Assembly (NCBI GenBank): GCA_965287045.1
Contig: OZ336873.1
Location: 52,018,001-52,082,000, forward strand
Direction: 5' to 3'
From: Carcharhinus amblyrhynchos
Taxonomy: Eukaryota
Length of the DNA stretch: 64,000 nt
Shown here: one piece after another, positions 1 through 11,432 of the stretch
Numbering within the stretch: the first letter of the stretch is position 1
How the letters are laid out: every line of letters starts with the position of its first letter
Program-made: the position numbers and the translations under genes
Notes under the pieces: model-generated
What the model saw: the letters and a program-made list of their open reading frames with translations, nothing else
What the model was told of the DNA's origin: nothing
The model's database searches: none

Positions 1-1816
1 AGTCTATATAATGGAGAACAGTGGGATACTAACCTTATTTTAAGACTAAAAGAACTTCACAACTAAAATGTATTGAGTCCCAAGTTAGTTATAAGGATCT
101 TTTGTATGCGTGGAATAGATTCGACATGCTGGATCATTTTTATTGATCATCTCTGTCCAAAATATCAAGATGTCACCAGAGGGCATTTCATTTGTTGCTA
201 ACTCAACTGATTTAGCACTAGGTTCCTGAAAAACGCTAAATGCTAAACCTCCAAGTTGAAGTGCTACCTCTCTTAAACCTCAGTCACATCATCGAGCTTT
301 TAGTTTACATGTAATTCTGCTTTGTCTAATAGTAAACCTCCAATCAATACCTCACTTTCTGCTCTTCCCATTTTTACTTCTTTCTACAAATTTTAGTTTC
401 TTTCTAAACCTTGGTTATAGATGAGCAAAAAATATAAAGTTACATTGTCTAGCTGGCACTCCAATGTTTAAAAAGGCAACTCAATCATTTTGTACCGACT
501 CTCCAGCTAAATTTGTGTTTAAATTATGAAAGGGGTACAGACACCATATGAAGGAAACCATTGCCTAAAAATGTGTAAGTGTGTTCAAATGGGAATGATA
601 GGAAATCCTATAAACTGCAGGCCAAGGCTGTTTTACTTGGGCGTTGGACTCTGCTGGTCTAATATTGTCGCAGCCATTTAAAATGCGTAATATTAGTGTG
701 TAGGGTATTTTCAACTATATCTTGTAAATTATATATCCTCTGTGTCTTAGTATTTTACAGATCTTTATTTCCTGTAATAAGTTCTTAGTTTGAGGGAAAG
801 CTGAGATGGCAGCAAGAAAAATTTAAAAATAAAAGTGCCTTTATTTTGTAACTTATTGCCATCCATTGAAGATGAACTTTGGTCAAATCAGTTGCCAGTA
901 ATTTTCATGTTTATACCTGTGAGATCTAGGACATCATGTTAAAGTTATGATGTGGCACATATTTGATGACAAAAACCACATATATTAGATGTTTTATGTA
1001 ATAGCCCTAGCCTAGGGTTTTCGCTGCTCCGAAATCTTCATGCCCCTTCCCACTATCCTGCTGCTCCAGATCCTTCTCCCCTCCTCCTACTAACTTGATT
1101 TTGATCACCTGGCATCTGTGGTTTGGGGCAGGAAGTCAGAGATCTGTTGAAGGGAAGGGAAAGAGAGATGTCCTAACTTCTACGTTACATCAACCATACT
1201 CTGTCAGCTCTAAAGCACTTTGGAACATCCTGAAGTCACGAAAGGCTCCGGATCAATCCACGTGCACAAGAGTGGATCAAAGGTGCGTTCAATAAGATGA
1301 GGGATACAGTAAAAGAAAAATGGGACAAGGCTCTTGTGGACCCGGCAGCAAGGAGACTGGGAGACTTGAGGGAAAAAAAATCAACAGAAAATCAAATTTG
1401 ACAACTGTAAAGAAACTGCAATTTGCCAATGTCAATATTCTCCCATTATTAATATTCTAAACCTCTAATATTTCGACAGTGTAACTAGAGAGTCAGATGG
1501 CCTGGACAGTGAGGATAGTTTCCGGGAGAGAGAAAAGACTAGAAAGATGCGTTGCTAGGATGATATGAAGCAAGTAGAGTGAGCGGAGGTTTGTGTGGAG
1601 CATAAATGCCAGCATAGAGCAGCTGGGTGGAATAGATTTTATGGGCTAAATCTTACCAAAAAGTGACAAAGCTTGTTCCTGGCAAGAAAACCAGCACGCT
1701 TTTTTACTGAGAAACCAGTGGGATTTTTCTCTAGATCTTACAACGCTGTGCCAAAAAAAATGAAAGGGGGGGGTGTGATTCATGTCATCATTCATGATGC
1801 CTGTGCCAAGGGGCAG

Positions 1817-3215
1817 TCAGTAAGTAGTCTCACAACACTAGGTTAAAGTCCAACAGGTTTATTTTGGAAACACGAGCTTTCAGAGCACTGCCCCTTCATC
1901 AGCTGAGTGTAGGATTTGTTTCACAAACAGGGCATATATAGAAACAAACTCAATTACAATATAATGGTTGGAACGCGAGCCTGAACAAATAATCAAGTCT
2001 TTACAAGTACAGACAATATGAGTGAAGAGCGGGTTAAGCACAGCTTATAGAAATGTGAATTGTCTCAAGCGAGGAAAGTTAGTGAGACTTCGCAAGCCCA
2101 GGCAAGTTATGGGGGTTACAGATAGTGTGACATGAACCCAAGACTCTGGTTGCGGCTGTCCTCATCTGTGCGGAACTTGGCTATCAGTTTCTGCTCAGCG
2201 ATTCTGCATTGTCGTGTGACGTGAAGGCTGCCTTGGAGAATGCTTACCTGAAGGTCAGAGGCTGAATGCCCGTGATTGCTGAAGTGTTCCACAACAGGAA
2301 GAGAACATTCTTGCCTGGTGATTGTCGAGCAGTGTCCATTCATCCATTGTTGTAGCGTCTGCATGGTCTTGCCAATGTATGACGCCCCGCAACATCCTTT
2401 CCTGCAGCGTATCAGTTAGACAATTTTGGCCGAGTCACAAGAATACGTACTGTGTACCTGGTGAATGCTGAATCACGTGAGATGATGGCATCCATGTCAG
2501 TGATCCAGCATGCCTTGCAGAGGTTCTGTGGTAGGGTTGTGTGGTGTTGTGGTCACTTTTCTCCTGAAGGTTGGGTAGTGGTGGTGTAGGGATGACCTCG
2601 GCGAGATGTTCGTCATCATTGGTGACATGTTGAAGGTTCCGGAGAAGATGTCGTAGCTTCTTCGCTCCGGGGAATACTGGACAACGGAGGGTACTCTGTC
2701 TGCCGTGTCCCGTGTTTGTCTTCTGAGGAGGTCTGTGCAGTTTTCACTATGGCACGTTGGAACTGTCGATCAATGAGTTGAGCACCATATCCTGTTCTTA
2801 CAAGGGCATCTTTCAGTGTGTGTAGGTGTCTGTTGCGATCCTCCTCATCTGAGCAGATCCTCTTTGTACAGAGAGCTTGTCCTTAGGGGATGGCTTCTTT
2901 AATGTGTTTAGGGTGGAAGCTGGAGAAGTGGAGCATCATGAGGTTATCTATGGGCTTGCGGTACAGTGACCATCCTTGATGGAGATGTGTGTGTCCAAGA
3001 ACGCAATCGATTCTGGAGATAATCCATGGTGAGTCTGATGGTGGGATGGAACTTGTCAATTAGTTGTAGTACTTGTAGAAACTACTTGTAGTAGCTTCAG
3101 TGATTGTTCGCCATGAATCCAAATGAAGAAAGTGTGATCAGTGTATCTAGTGTAGCGTTGGTTGACGGTCCTGTGGTGAAGAAGTCTTGTTCGAACCAGT
3201 GCATGAAAATGTTGG
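1817..3215 (-). mobile_element. 5'-truncated, decayed Penelope-like retroelement (RT thumb + GIY-YIG endonuclease + 3' pLTR region)
   Basis: Minus-strand remnants MLHFSSFHPKHIKEAIP (RT thumb) and ORF 2116-2364 (PVVEHFSNHGHS...ILQG...RIAEQKLIAKFRT, typical of the GIY-YIG C-terminus). The 3' end AATAAACCTGTTGGACTTTAACCT recurs in the copies at 21461 and 56670. Confidence 0.85.
1871..1909 (-). ncRNA. Minimal hammerhead-ribozyme-like motif in Penelope 3' end
   Basis: Reverse complement reads cactcag-CTGATGA-a-ggggc-agt-gctct-GAAA-gc-TC-gtg. Core boxes are intact, stem II has 5 bp, and a palindromic AGCT replaces stem III. Stem I is weak in this copy. Confidence 0.6.
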
Positions 3216-4436
3216 CACATTGGTCCCCAGGTTCAGTGCTAGGGGACATTGCCAGACCACTACTTCGTCATGTCCCTTTCTGCCAGGGGCTATATTTTAA
3301 GCTCCAGGGAGACCCCACGATGCGAACCTATTGTAAACCACGCCAACATGACATCACATCGGCATGTTGTCAATATACAGGAAAGGGATTTGTTAATCAT
3401 ATTTAAATACATTCAAATACATGTAAATCAGGTTCCCACCTACAAGAACTGCATTGTTTGGATCTCGAACTCCTGCAACCTCGCAGATAGCAAACACAGG
3501 CTCAAGATCCCACCCTGTGTATCTTTCTTCCTTTGACAACTCTTACAACCAAGAATTTATTGATGACAACAGGTAAAAACTTGTGACATTTTCTCTGTTA
3601 TTCAGACTGTGTTGAGGTCAGATATCTCAGTCTCTTCCCCACTCAGACAACATATAAGTGGTAGTCTTGCTTCAAACTGAGGCCACTGTGCCAGCTGTTT
3701 TTACAAATTGAGATCTTGCTAAAATCCTCTGACCAACTGAATGAATGATGTGAAAAGATGTGATTCAAAGCAGCCTATGTTCACAGCTGGAACCACACTG
3801 TTCGAGGGTGGTATGGCAAAGAGCGATGGTCACTGTGGCAATATATTTCAGTCATTTCTGTTCTCTTAAGTCAACAAACAGCAGGACTTTGCCACTCAAC
3901 TGAACCTTGGTGAATGCAGAAATATCAGAGCCTTCCCCTATAACATCAAACAGTATATCAAAGTCAGCCCTGAAAAACAACAGTCATTAGCCGACATTAA
4001 ATATCCCTCATCTTGCCAAGAACAACATTTTAAAATAAACATTTTAGAAGAACATTTCACAATTTATTCTTGCTTGTACAAGACCACCATCTTCTTATGG
4101 TGGCTCCTTGTATTGGTGCTTCTTCACAAGATCACATTTATTGTTTAATTCTGGCCTCAATCCTCTCTGACGGAATTATAAGGGTAGTACTATCCATTTG
4201 AGTTGGATGGGATGCACTGCTCTGTATTATGCATGTGTTTGGAGCTTCTTGCTCCTGGATGCATAACAGTGGACTTGGACCTTGTCTAAATGCTGGGTTG
4301 ACATCCACTAAAATACTTGCATCCAATAGCAGTGGAGGGTATCCGCCTTCCCTTCTCTACCTACTCACTCCCATCATATCTGGCTATTCCTTCTAGCATT
4401 TGAGCCAGGCTAACAACAACTTGCATTGATGTAGCC

Positions 4437-5196
4437 CATAAGAACATAAGAAATAGGAGCAGGAGTAGGCCATCTAGCCCCTTGAGCCTGCCCCGCCATT
4501 CAATAAGATCATGGCTGATCTGTCGTGGCTCAGTTCCACATTCCCGCCCTCTCCCCATAACCCTTAATCCTCTTGCCTATCAAAAACCTATCAACCCCTG
4601 TCTTAAATATATTTAGCGAGGCAGCCTCCACCACTTCAACGGGCAGAGAATTCCAGAGATTCACCACCCTTTGAGTGAAGAAGTTCCTCCTCAACTCCGT
4701 TCTAAACCGCCCCCCCTTTTTCTTGAGGCTGTGCCCTCTAGTCCTACTGTCCTTTCTGAGCGGGAAGAGTCTCTCCACCTCTATCCTATCCATCCCATTC
4801 ATCATCTTATACGTCTCAATGAGATCTCCCCTCATTCTTCTAAACTCTAACGAGTACAAGCCTTGTTTATTCAGCCTCTCCTCATAGTTCAACCCCCTCA
4901 ACTCCAGTATCAGCCTAGTAAACCTCCTCTGCACTCCCTCCAAGGCCAAAATATCCTTGCGTAAGTGCGGCGACCAAAACTGCACACAGTACTCCAGCTG
5001 CGGCCCCACCAGTACCCTGTACAGTTGCAGCAAGACCTCCCTACTTTTATATTCAGTCCCCCTCGCTATGAAGGCCAGCATCCCATTTGCCTTCCTGACC
5101 ACCTGCTGCACCTGTAGGCTGGGTTTTTGCGAGTCATGCACAAGGACCCCGAGGTCCCTGTGCGTCGTCGCATGCTGCAGTTTTTCACCATGTAAG
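4437..5196 (-). mobile_element. Young CR1-clade LINE, 3' ~760 bp, inserted in the tail of an L2-like element
   Basis: ORF 4530-5231 carries CR1 RT C-terminal motifs (RDLGVLV, LEYCVQFWSP, RGHSLK, FFTQRVVNLWNSLP). It has a (CATAAGAA)n 3' tail. Confidence 0.93.
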
Positions 5197-5560
5197 CACC
5201 TTTTTAAATATAGCAGAACAACCCAAAACACTTAACAAGAGAGTTATCAAATAAAAAAAGTATCAAGACAGATGAACATAAGTTTGGTCAAAGGGTTAGG
5301 TTTTAAGGAACATTGAAGAAGGAAGGAGAGAGAGGGTGGTAGAGGTTTAGTTTGGGAATTTAAGAGCTGGGGTCCAAGACCTCAGCCACCAGTGCTGGAG
5401 AGGTTTGAATGTCGAAGTGGCTGAAACTGGAGGGGCGCTATGGGACCGGAAGAGGTGGCAAAGATTGGGATGGGGGTTTGTTAAAAGTTTTAAATCAAGG
5501 CACTGTTGGACCAGGAGACAATGTAGGTCAGTGAGCATGGGGTGATGGGTGTTTGGAGGT
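5197..5560 (-). mobile_element. Old L2-like LINE 3' fragment (tail continues at ~4410-4436)
   Basis: aacaacaacttgcatt...agcaccttt... and ggttttaagga...ggagagagag...agaggtttag...gaatt.aagagc are typical reverse-strand L2 3' sequence. Confidence 0.6.
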
Positions 5561-5859
5561 GTGTTTCTATATGCACAACAAAATATAGGGCATCATGATC
5601 CATTATGAATAATTAATCAATGTGAAACATTCCTGTTCATTAATCGAAGGATTGAATCAATAATACAACAAGAGGAAGAGCTCATCACTGAATAAGTTTA
5701 GTTATTTAAGATCGGCCTGTTGAAGTGTCTCAGTCTGGCTTGATCCTAGTCCTAGAGTAGTAGGCTTGAACAATTCAGGAACCTCTGTCAATATCAGCCA
5801 TCCAATACACATAGGAAGAGCTTCTGAGTGATTCTTCCATATTGTGCATGTTTCAAGCT

Positions 5860-6340
5860 CTGGAGAGGGACTCGCTATCACCTTGTGACTCTTAGACTTG
5901 AGCACAACCCAGGCTGACACTTAGTGCAGTACTGAAGGAATGCTCCGCTGTCAGCGATACTGGCTGTGACACCTGCCCTCCGCAGTGAGGTTTCCCATGG
6001 TGGAGCTGGCACTTCATTGGCTGCTACCTGGATCTTCCAGTCTTGCTGAAGTCAGTGGCGATTTATATGGCTCACTTGCCTGCCGCCAAGGAACGCAATG
6101 GCAGGCTCGACTTCAGCTGGACTAGAATATCCTGCTGGTGGGAAGGTCCTGAAAATCCCACCAGCCATCTTTTTGACGAGACATTAAACTGAGATCTTGA
6201 ATGCGCTTTTGATTGATGTTGAAGATCTTGTGGCACTAATTGAACAAGAATAGGGGCGCTCAGGTAGTGTTCTGGCCAATATCTGAACCATCAGCTTGCA
6301 CCTGACATGGTCATTTCATTGCTTTGTGTAAATTAGCGGA
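5860..6340 (+). mobile_element. Deu-domain (SacSINE/AmnSINE-like) SINE with a ~200-bp TIR element inserted at ~5962-6164
   Basis: gacttgagcaca...caggctgacac..agtgcagtactga.ggaatgct.c.ctgtcag resumes after the insert with catcttt...gagacattaaactgag. Confidence 0.65.
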
Positions 6341-6344
6341 TGGG

Positions 6345-6605
6345 TGTCCTGAGTTCTCCCCATGTTTGCGTGGATTTCCTCCAGATGTTCCAGTTTCCTC
6401 CAACAATCCAAAGATGTGCAGATTAGGTAGCTTGGTCATGATCAATTCTCCCTTAGTGTCCAAAGATGCATAGGTTAGAGAATTGGCAGGGTGCATGCGT
6501 GGAATTGGGTGATAGGGTGGGCCTGGGTGAGATGCTCTGTCAGGGGTTAGTGCAGACCCTATGCGCCAAGTAGCCTCCTTCTGCACTGTAAGGATTCTCT
6601 GATTC
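6345..6605 (+). mobile_element. HE1/V-SINE-like tRNA SINE fragment (nested in the Deu-SINE)
   Basis: V-domain gttctccccatgtttgcgtggatttcctcc...tccaaagatgtgcagattagg, with tail cctccttctgcactgtaaggattct. Confidence 0.75.
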
Positions 6606-7416
6606 ATTGCAACAATGATCACACCTCAAATACGTTCCTTTGTTGTTAAGTATCTTGGGAAGACCCAAGTTTGTGAAAGGCACTATGAAAATGCAGTTTT
6701 AAAAAGTTTTCTGTTTTTTTTTGTCATTTCTGATTTTCTGAGCCTTTTCCTTTCATCCTGTAAATTGTCATTCTCCAACATAAAATGAACTGAGATAGTA
6801 TTTTAAATAGTGACCTTTTCTACAGATGAGATTTAGCAGTCAACCATACAAGGTTCCAATGCTCACAGCTCAGTGCTGTCCCACCCAATGTGGATTGAAA
6901 TATTCCATTTGTGCGCTCAGGAAGAATTTGAATTGACAGATTCATTTTGTGGAACTGCACTAAGATTTGAATAATGACTAACAAACCACTACAATTTCAT
7001 TAGAGAGTTTATAACCTTTGAGTTCAGCGTTAGGATTCACTTAATTGTTGTGGCTCTTAGCAAATGAATTTGGTGGTTGTGGAGGCATTGTAAGAACCCC
7101 ACATCCATTGGAAAAACAAACAAACTATAAGTGAGCTCAACTGTTCAGAGCAAATCATAGAATCATTCACCTGTGGTGGCTGTTTTGCAGCGCTGTCCAA
7201 TTAGTCCCGCTCCCATACATGTATTTCTGAAGATTACGATTGAATCTGTTGTCATCAACCTTTTGGCTGCCTAATAATGACCCTGCTCATGTGCTGTCTG
7301 CTTTGTTGCCGATAATCTGTACTCTCCAGTTACTGATCCTCCTGCCAGTGGAAATAGTCGCTCCTTAAGTACTCCATCTATAGTCCAACATTCAGACCTT
7401 CCCCCCACCCCCAGTG

Positions 7417-7419
<3 letters not shown>

Positions 7420-7487
<68 letters not shown>
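7420..7487. repeat. (CA)n microsatellite, ~34 units
   Basis: Perfect AC run visible directly. Confidence 0.99.
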
Positions 7488-7488
<1 letters not shown>

Positions 7489-8039
7489 AGGAAACATTGC
7501 TTTAAAATGTCCCAGAATAGTGATTTTCCTGGCGTTATATATCTGTACCTTCAGGATGAAAGGTTCAGTTCAGAAGTTGCCAACTTTGGACTATGAACTG
7601 ACTTTGCATGAATGAACTCGCCTGGTGGTAATACAGAGTATGTCAAATGGAAATGAACAGTCATCTCTTCTGCAGCCCTGTTACGTGGAGTACAGAACAA
7701 GATGCGTACTGTCATCTTGTGTCGTGGCAGTCTTGTCTGTTCAGTACAGAAAGTGAGGCTGCTGCATACATAAGGGAAGAGGAGAAAATAAGAGAACTGG
7801 GGATGATCTCAACTGTCAGTAAGATGTTGGAAGTTGTAGCTTTGTTAACCTACATCCTGTGAAATTAATTTGAATTCCATATGGTGATCATTATGTATTA
7901 ACTGCAACTTAGCACCAGTGGAAAGCAGATACATCATCCTGCTGAATATAGACAGGAACTGCCCACAGCCCTCAATCAGGACTCTGTACACTGTTGACTT
8001 AGTAGAATCTCTTGATGATTGGCATGCTTCTTAGTTGTT

Positions 8040-9480
8040 ACCAGTTAATAAATTCCAAGTGGGTGTAGGCGGACTGATGGATTGGACAGACACATGACAG
8101 ATAAAATTTAATGAGAGAATTGTGATGTGACACATTTTGGTAGGAAGAATATATGTAACTGAAGGGTACAAATCTAAAGACGGTGTTGGAAGAGACAGAT
8201 CTAGCAGTAAATGTGTGCAAATTGTTGAAGTTTGCAGTGCGCGTTGAGAAAGTGTTTAGAAATACAATCTCAAAAAACAGGATTGTGGGCTTTTTAAACA
8301 AGAAGAAAGAACAAAAGGTACAGCATGGGAACAGGCCCTTTGGCCCTCCAAGCCTGTGCCGATCATGGTGCACTAAACTAGAAAATAAAATCCTTCAGCC
8401 CTTTATCAGATCGTATCCCTTTATTTCCTCCCTATTCATGTACTTGTCCAGCTGCCTCTTAAACGTTGCTAATGTACCTACTTCCACCACTTCCTCTGGC
8501 AGCACATTCCAGGCACCTATCATTTTGCGTGAAAAACTTCCCCTTCGCATCTCCCTTAAACTTTCCCCCTCTCACCTTGAATCTGTGCCCCCTTGTAATT
8601 GACATTACGCCCCCGCTAGGAAAAAGCCTCTGACTATACACCCTGTCTATACCTCTGAATATCCACCTTGTCCAAGCCTCTCATAATTTTGTAGACCTCT
8701 ATCAGGTCACCCTTCAGCCTCTGCCTTTCCTAATCCTAATTTATTCAACCTCTCCTCATAGCCAACATCCTCGACACCAGGCAACATCCTGGTGGGCCTT
8801 CTTTGCACTCTCTGCAAAGCTTCCCCATTTTTCTGGTAACATAGTGACCAGACTGCATGCAATTCTGCAAATAAAATATAAAATAGGGGCATAGAGTACA
8901 TAATAAAGTAGGGGCATAGCGTACAAAAGCAAGAATGTTCTGATGAACCTGTACAGATACTGGTTTGTTCTTAACTGGGATATTATGTCCAGTTCGGAGC
9001 ACTGCACTTTAGGAAGGATGTGAAAGCCTTTGTGAGGATTTATTGGAATGATTCAAGGGATGAGTTGACTTCAGTGATATGGATAGATTGGAGAAGCTGG
9101 GATTGTTCTCATTGGAGAAGAGAGGGTTGAGAGGAGATCTGATAATGTTCAAAATTGTGTCAAGATGGAAAAATTGTTCTCATTGGCAGAAAGATCTAGA
9201 AGCAGAAAACAGATTTAAGGTGATTAGCAAAAGATCTAGTGATGACAGGAGGAAAAATATTTTTACACAGTGAGTGGTTACAAACTACGATGTACTGATG
9301 GAAAAGGTGATGGAGACCGATTTAATTTTAGCTCTCAGTAGGGAATCAGGTGATTCTCGGAGGAAAACATTTGCAGGACTAAGGCTAAGGAGTGGAACTA
9401 GCTGAATTGCTCTTGCAGAGGGTGGTGCAGACTGGATGGGATGAATGTCCTCCTTCTGAGGTGAACCCATTCAATGATTC
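8040..9480 (+). mobile_element. Old CR1 fragment (+) interrupted by a younger CR1 (-) at ~8303-8870
   Basis: Plus-strand CR1 motifs (cattttggtaggaagaat...; LEKLGLFSLEKRGLRGDLI) flank a minus-strand CR1 3' end with an AGAACAAAAG tail and RGHRFKVRG. Confidence 0.8.
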
Positions 9481-11209
9481 TATTATTTGTTCATCTGTGA
9501 TTGAAGAAGCCCAGTAGAATTCATGGCGAATGAGATACTGTTAGGGTTGAACACAACATTTCTGGTCAGTTGCTGTGGCAATTTTAGCCACCATGTAAGA
9601 TTTGTTTTTGAGCCAAGATGAGCAACCCCAGTGGTGCTCATCCAAAATTTAAACTGATTTCTTCTCCACCCATCAACTATCCCACTACTAAGGAGAGGCA
9701 TAAAGAACAGACTTTCACAAAGGAGCCCCCTGGCAAGAACCTGCCCCCTTAATCCTTCCTAAGCAATCTAGTGGATGCCAGTGCAGCTCAGACCCTACTC
9801 AGAATTTGTAAAGCTGAGTTCAGTTTCCAGCCGAAGGTGCACGTTAACTGCAGGGACCCCTGTAGCACAAGCTGCAGGATATTCAAGGGCCATGTGAGCA
9901 AGAAGCATCAGCTGGCTGGCCGACCTCAGGTGGAAGGCATCCCCGGTGTAGCGGGGAGGCAATGTAATGGGTTACATGATTAGTTAGGAGGACATTGAGT
10001 GAGGAAAGCTTGCAGTAGGGGAGGCCCAGAGTTTGCCTGTGGGACCTTTGGAGCCCTGTTTCTCACAGATATTGGAAAATAGTTTTAAATGGTAGATGAT
10101 GTTGGGGAGGAATTCACCGATATAAAACAGGACCCCTACTGCCGGCTCTAACGAACTACTTAAAATCCTGACTGGAGGGGAAGCTGTGGGATTGGAGGAG
10201 GTCAAGCTGCTGCTGTAATTTTCATTGCCTGCATTCCACTGGGGAAACAGTGTTAAAATCAGGCCCTTGTGGATAGAATAAGAGAGCGCTCTAAGTCACC
10301 CACAGTAAAAGCGATGTTAAGGTCTCTTTGAAAGATGGCAGTGAGAAATAAATCATTTTGCAGTCATTCCAGTGTGACAGAGGCCTCATTTACAAGGACA
10401 CAGAATTCAGCTGCAGCATCTTGTACATTGTGCTGGAGTTTTAGTTAAAGGGAGGAAACAGGGACTGTGTCGGTTGTAGAGATTTCACAGCTCCCAAATT
10501 ATTTTGAAATAGATAATGTTTCATGTTCATTATATACTATGAATGAGAATGAAGAAGTTATGTACAGAAAGAATCACAAAACAATCTAGACTAATATCTG
10601 CTGTATCAGCCTGTGTCAATCAATGTACAATGTAGGTGTGACCAGAATGTTAAGTACACTTCTGCTCTTTACTGCTTTAGAGTTTTCTTTGGGCTTTCTA
10701 GTATATCTCGGTGATTACTGTGGCATATTTTGCTTCTAAATGTCTAATCCATATTACACATTTTAATTCTTTCACAGGATGGAGGTGTGTCCCTGGCTCA
10801 TGGCATTTATTTAGGGCATTTATTGCCCATTCCTGATCGCAATTATAATAGTAATCTCTTCAAACATCATATCCTCACTTGTACCTTTTGGCAAATTTGT
10901 CTGTGTTCTGCTTTTAATTAGACTAGAACTATCTTTGGGAGATCTAACTCCCTTCTCCAGTTACACTGTTGAAATATCGCAGGTTTAGACTATTGATAGT
11001 GGATGAAGGGCTCAAATTTCAAACTTTGTATACTTGTTTTCATTTTCTGGTCATTTCTAGGTGTGAACCAAAATCTTCTGGGGCTCGTACTGCCAAGGCT
11101 TTAAGCCAGGGCTTGGATCATCTTTTAGTTCAGCTATTACACGACTTAATTCAGTGTTAATGTAACAGCAACTTCATAACTGACACCTGTCCTAATTTGC
11201 CCTGTGTCC

Positions 11210-11432
11210 ATGGAATCCATAGAATGCCTACAGTGCAGAAGGAGGCCATTTGTCCTATTGAACCTCCATCGATAACAATCCTACCCAGGCCCTATCCCCA
11301 TAACCCCACCTATTTACCCTGTTAATCCCCCTGACATTTAGGGGCAATTTTAGTATGGCCAATCAATCTAACCCACACATCTTTGGCCTATGGGAGGAAA
11401 CCGAAGCACCCAAAGGAAATCCATGCAGACAG
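11210..11432 (-). mobile_element. HE1/V-SINE-like fragment
   Basis: ctacagtgcagaaggaggccatt...cacatctttggcctatgggaggaaaccg.agcaccc, the same family as 50492-50815. Confidence 0.8.

Larger units (their letters stand above)
1643..3515. mobile_element. TIR (Harbinger/MITE-like) element interrupted by the Penelope insertion
   Basis: Left end gggctaaatcttac (1643) and right end aagatcccaccc (3515) resemble the termini of the other short TIR elements in the window. The PLE lies between them. Confidence 0.5.

Noticed and set aside
4530-5231. 233-aa ORF as a host gene
   Set aside because: It is the CR1 reverse-transcriptase C-terminus; its N-terminal residues come from flanking DNA, and near-identical copies recur in the window.
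7271-7596. ORFs with (CV)n / (HT)n
   Set aside because: Artefacts of the CA microsatellite.
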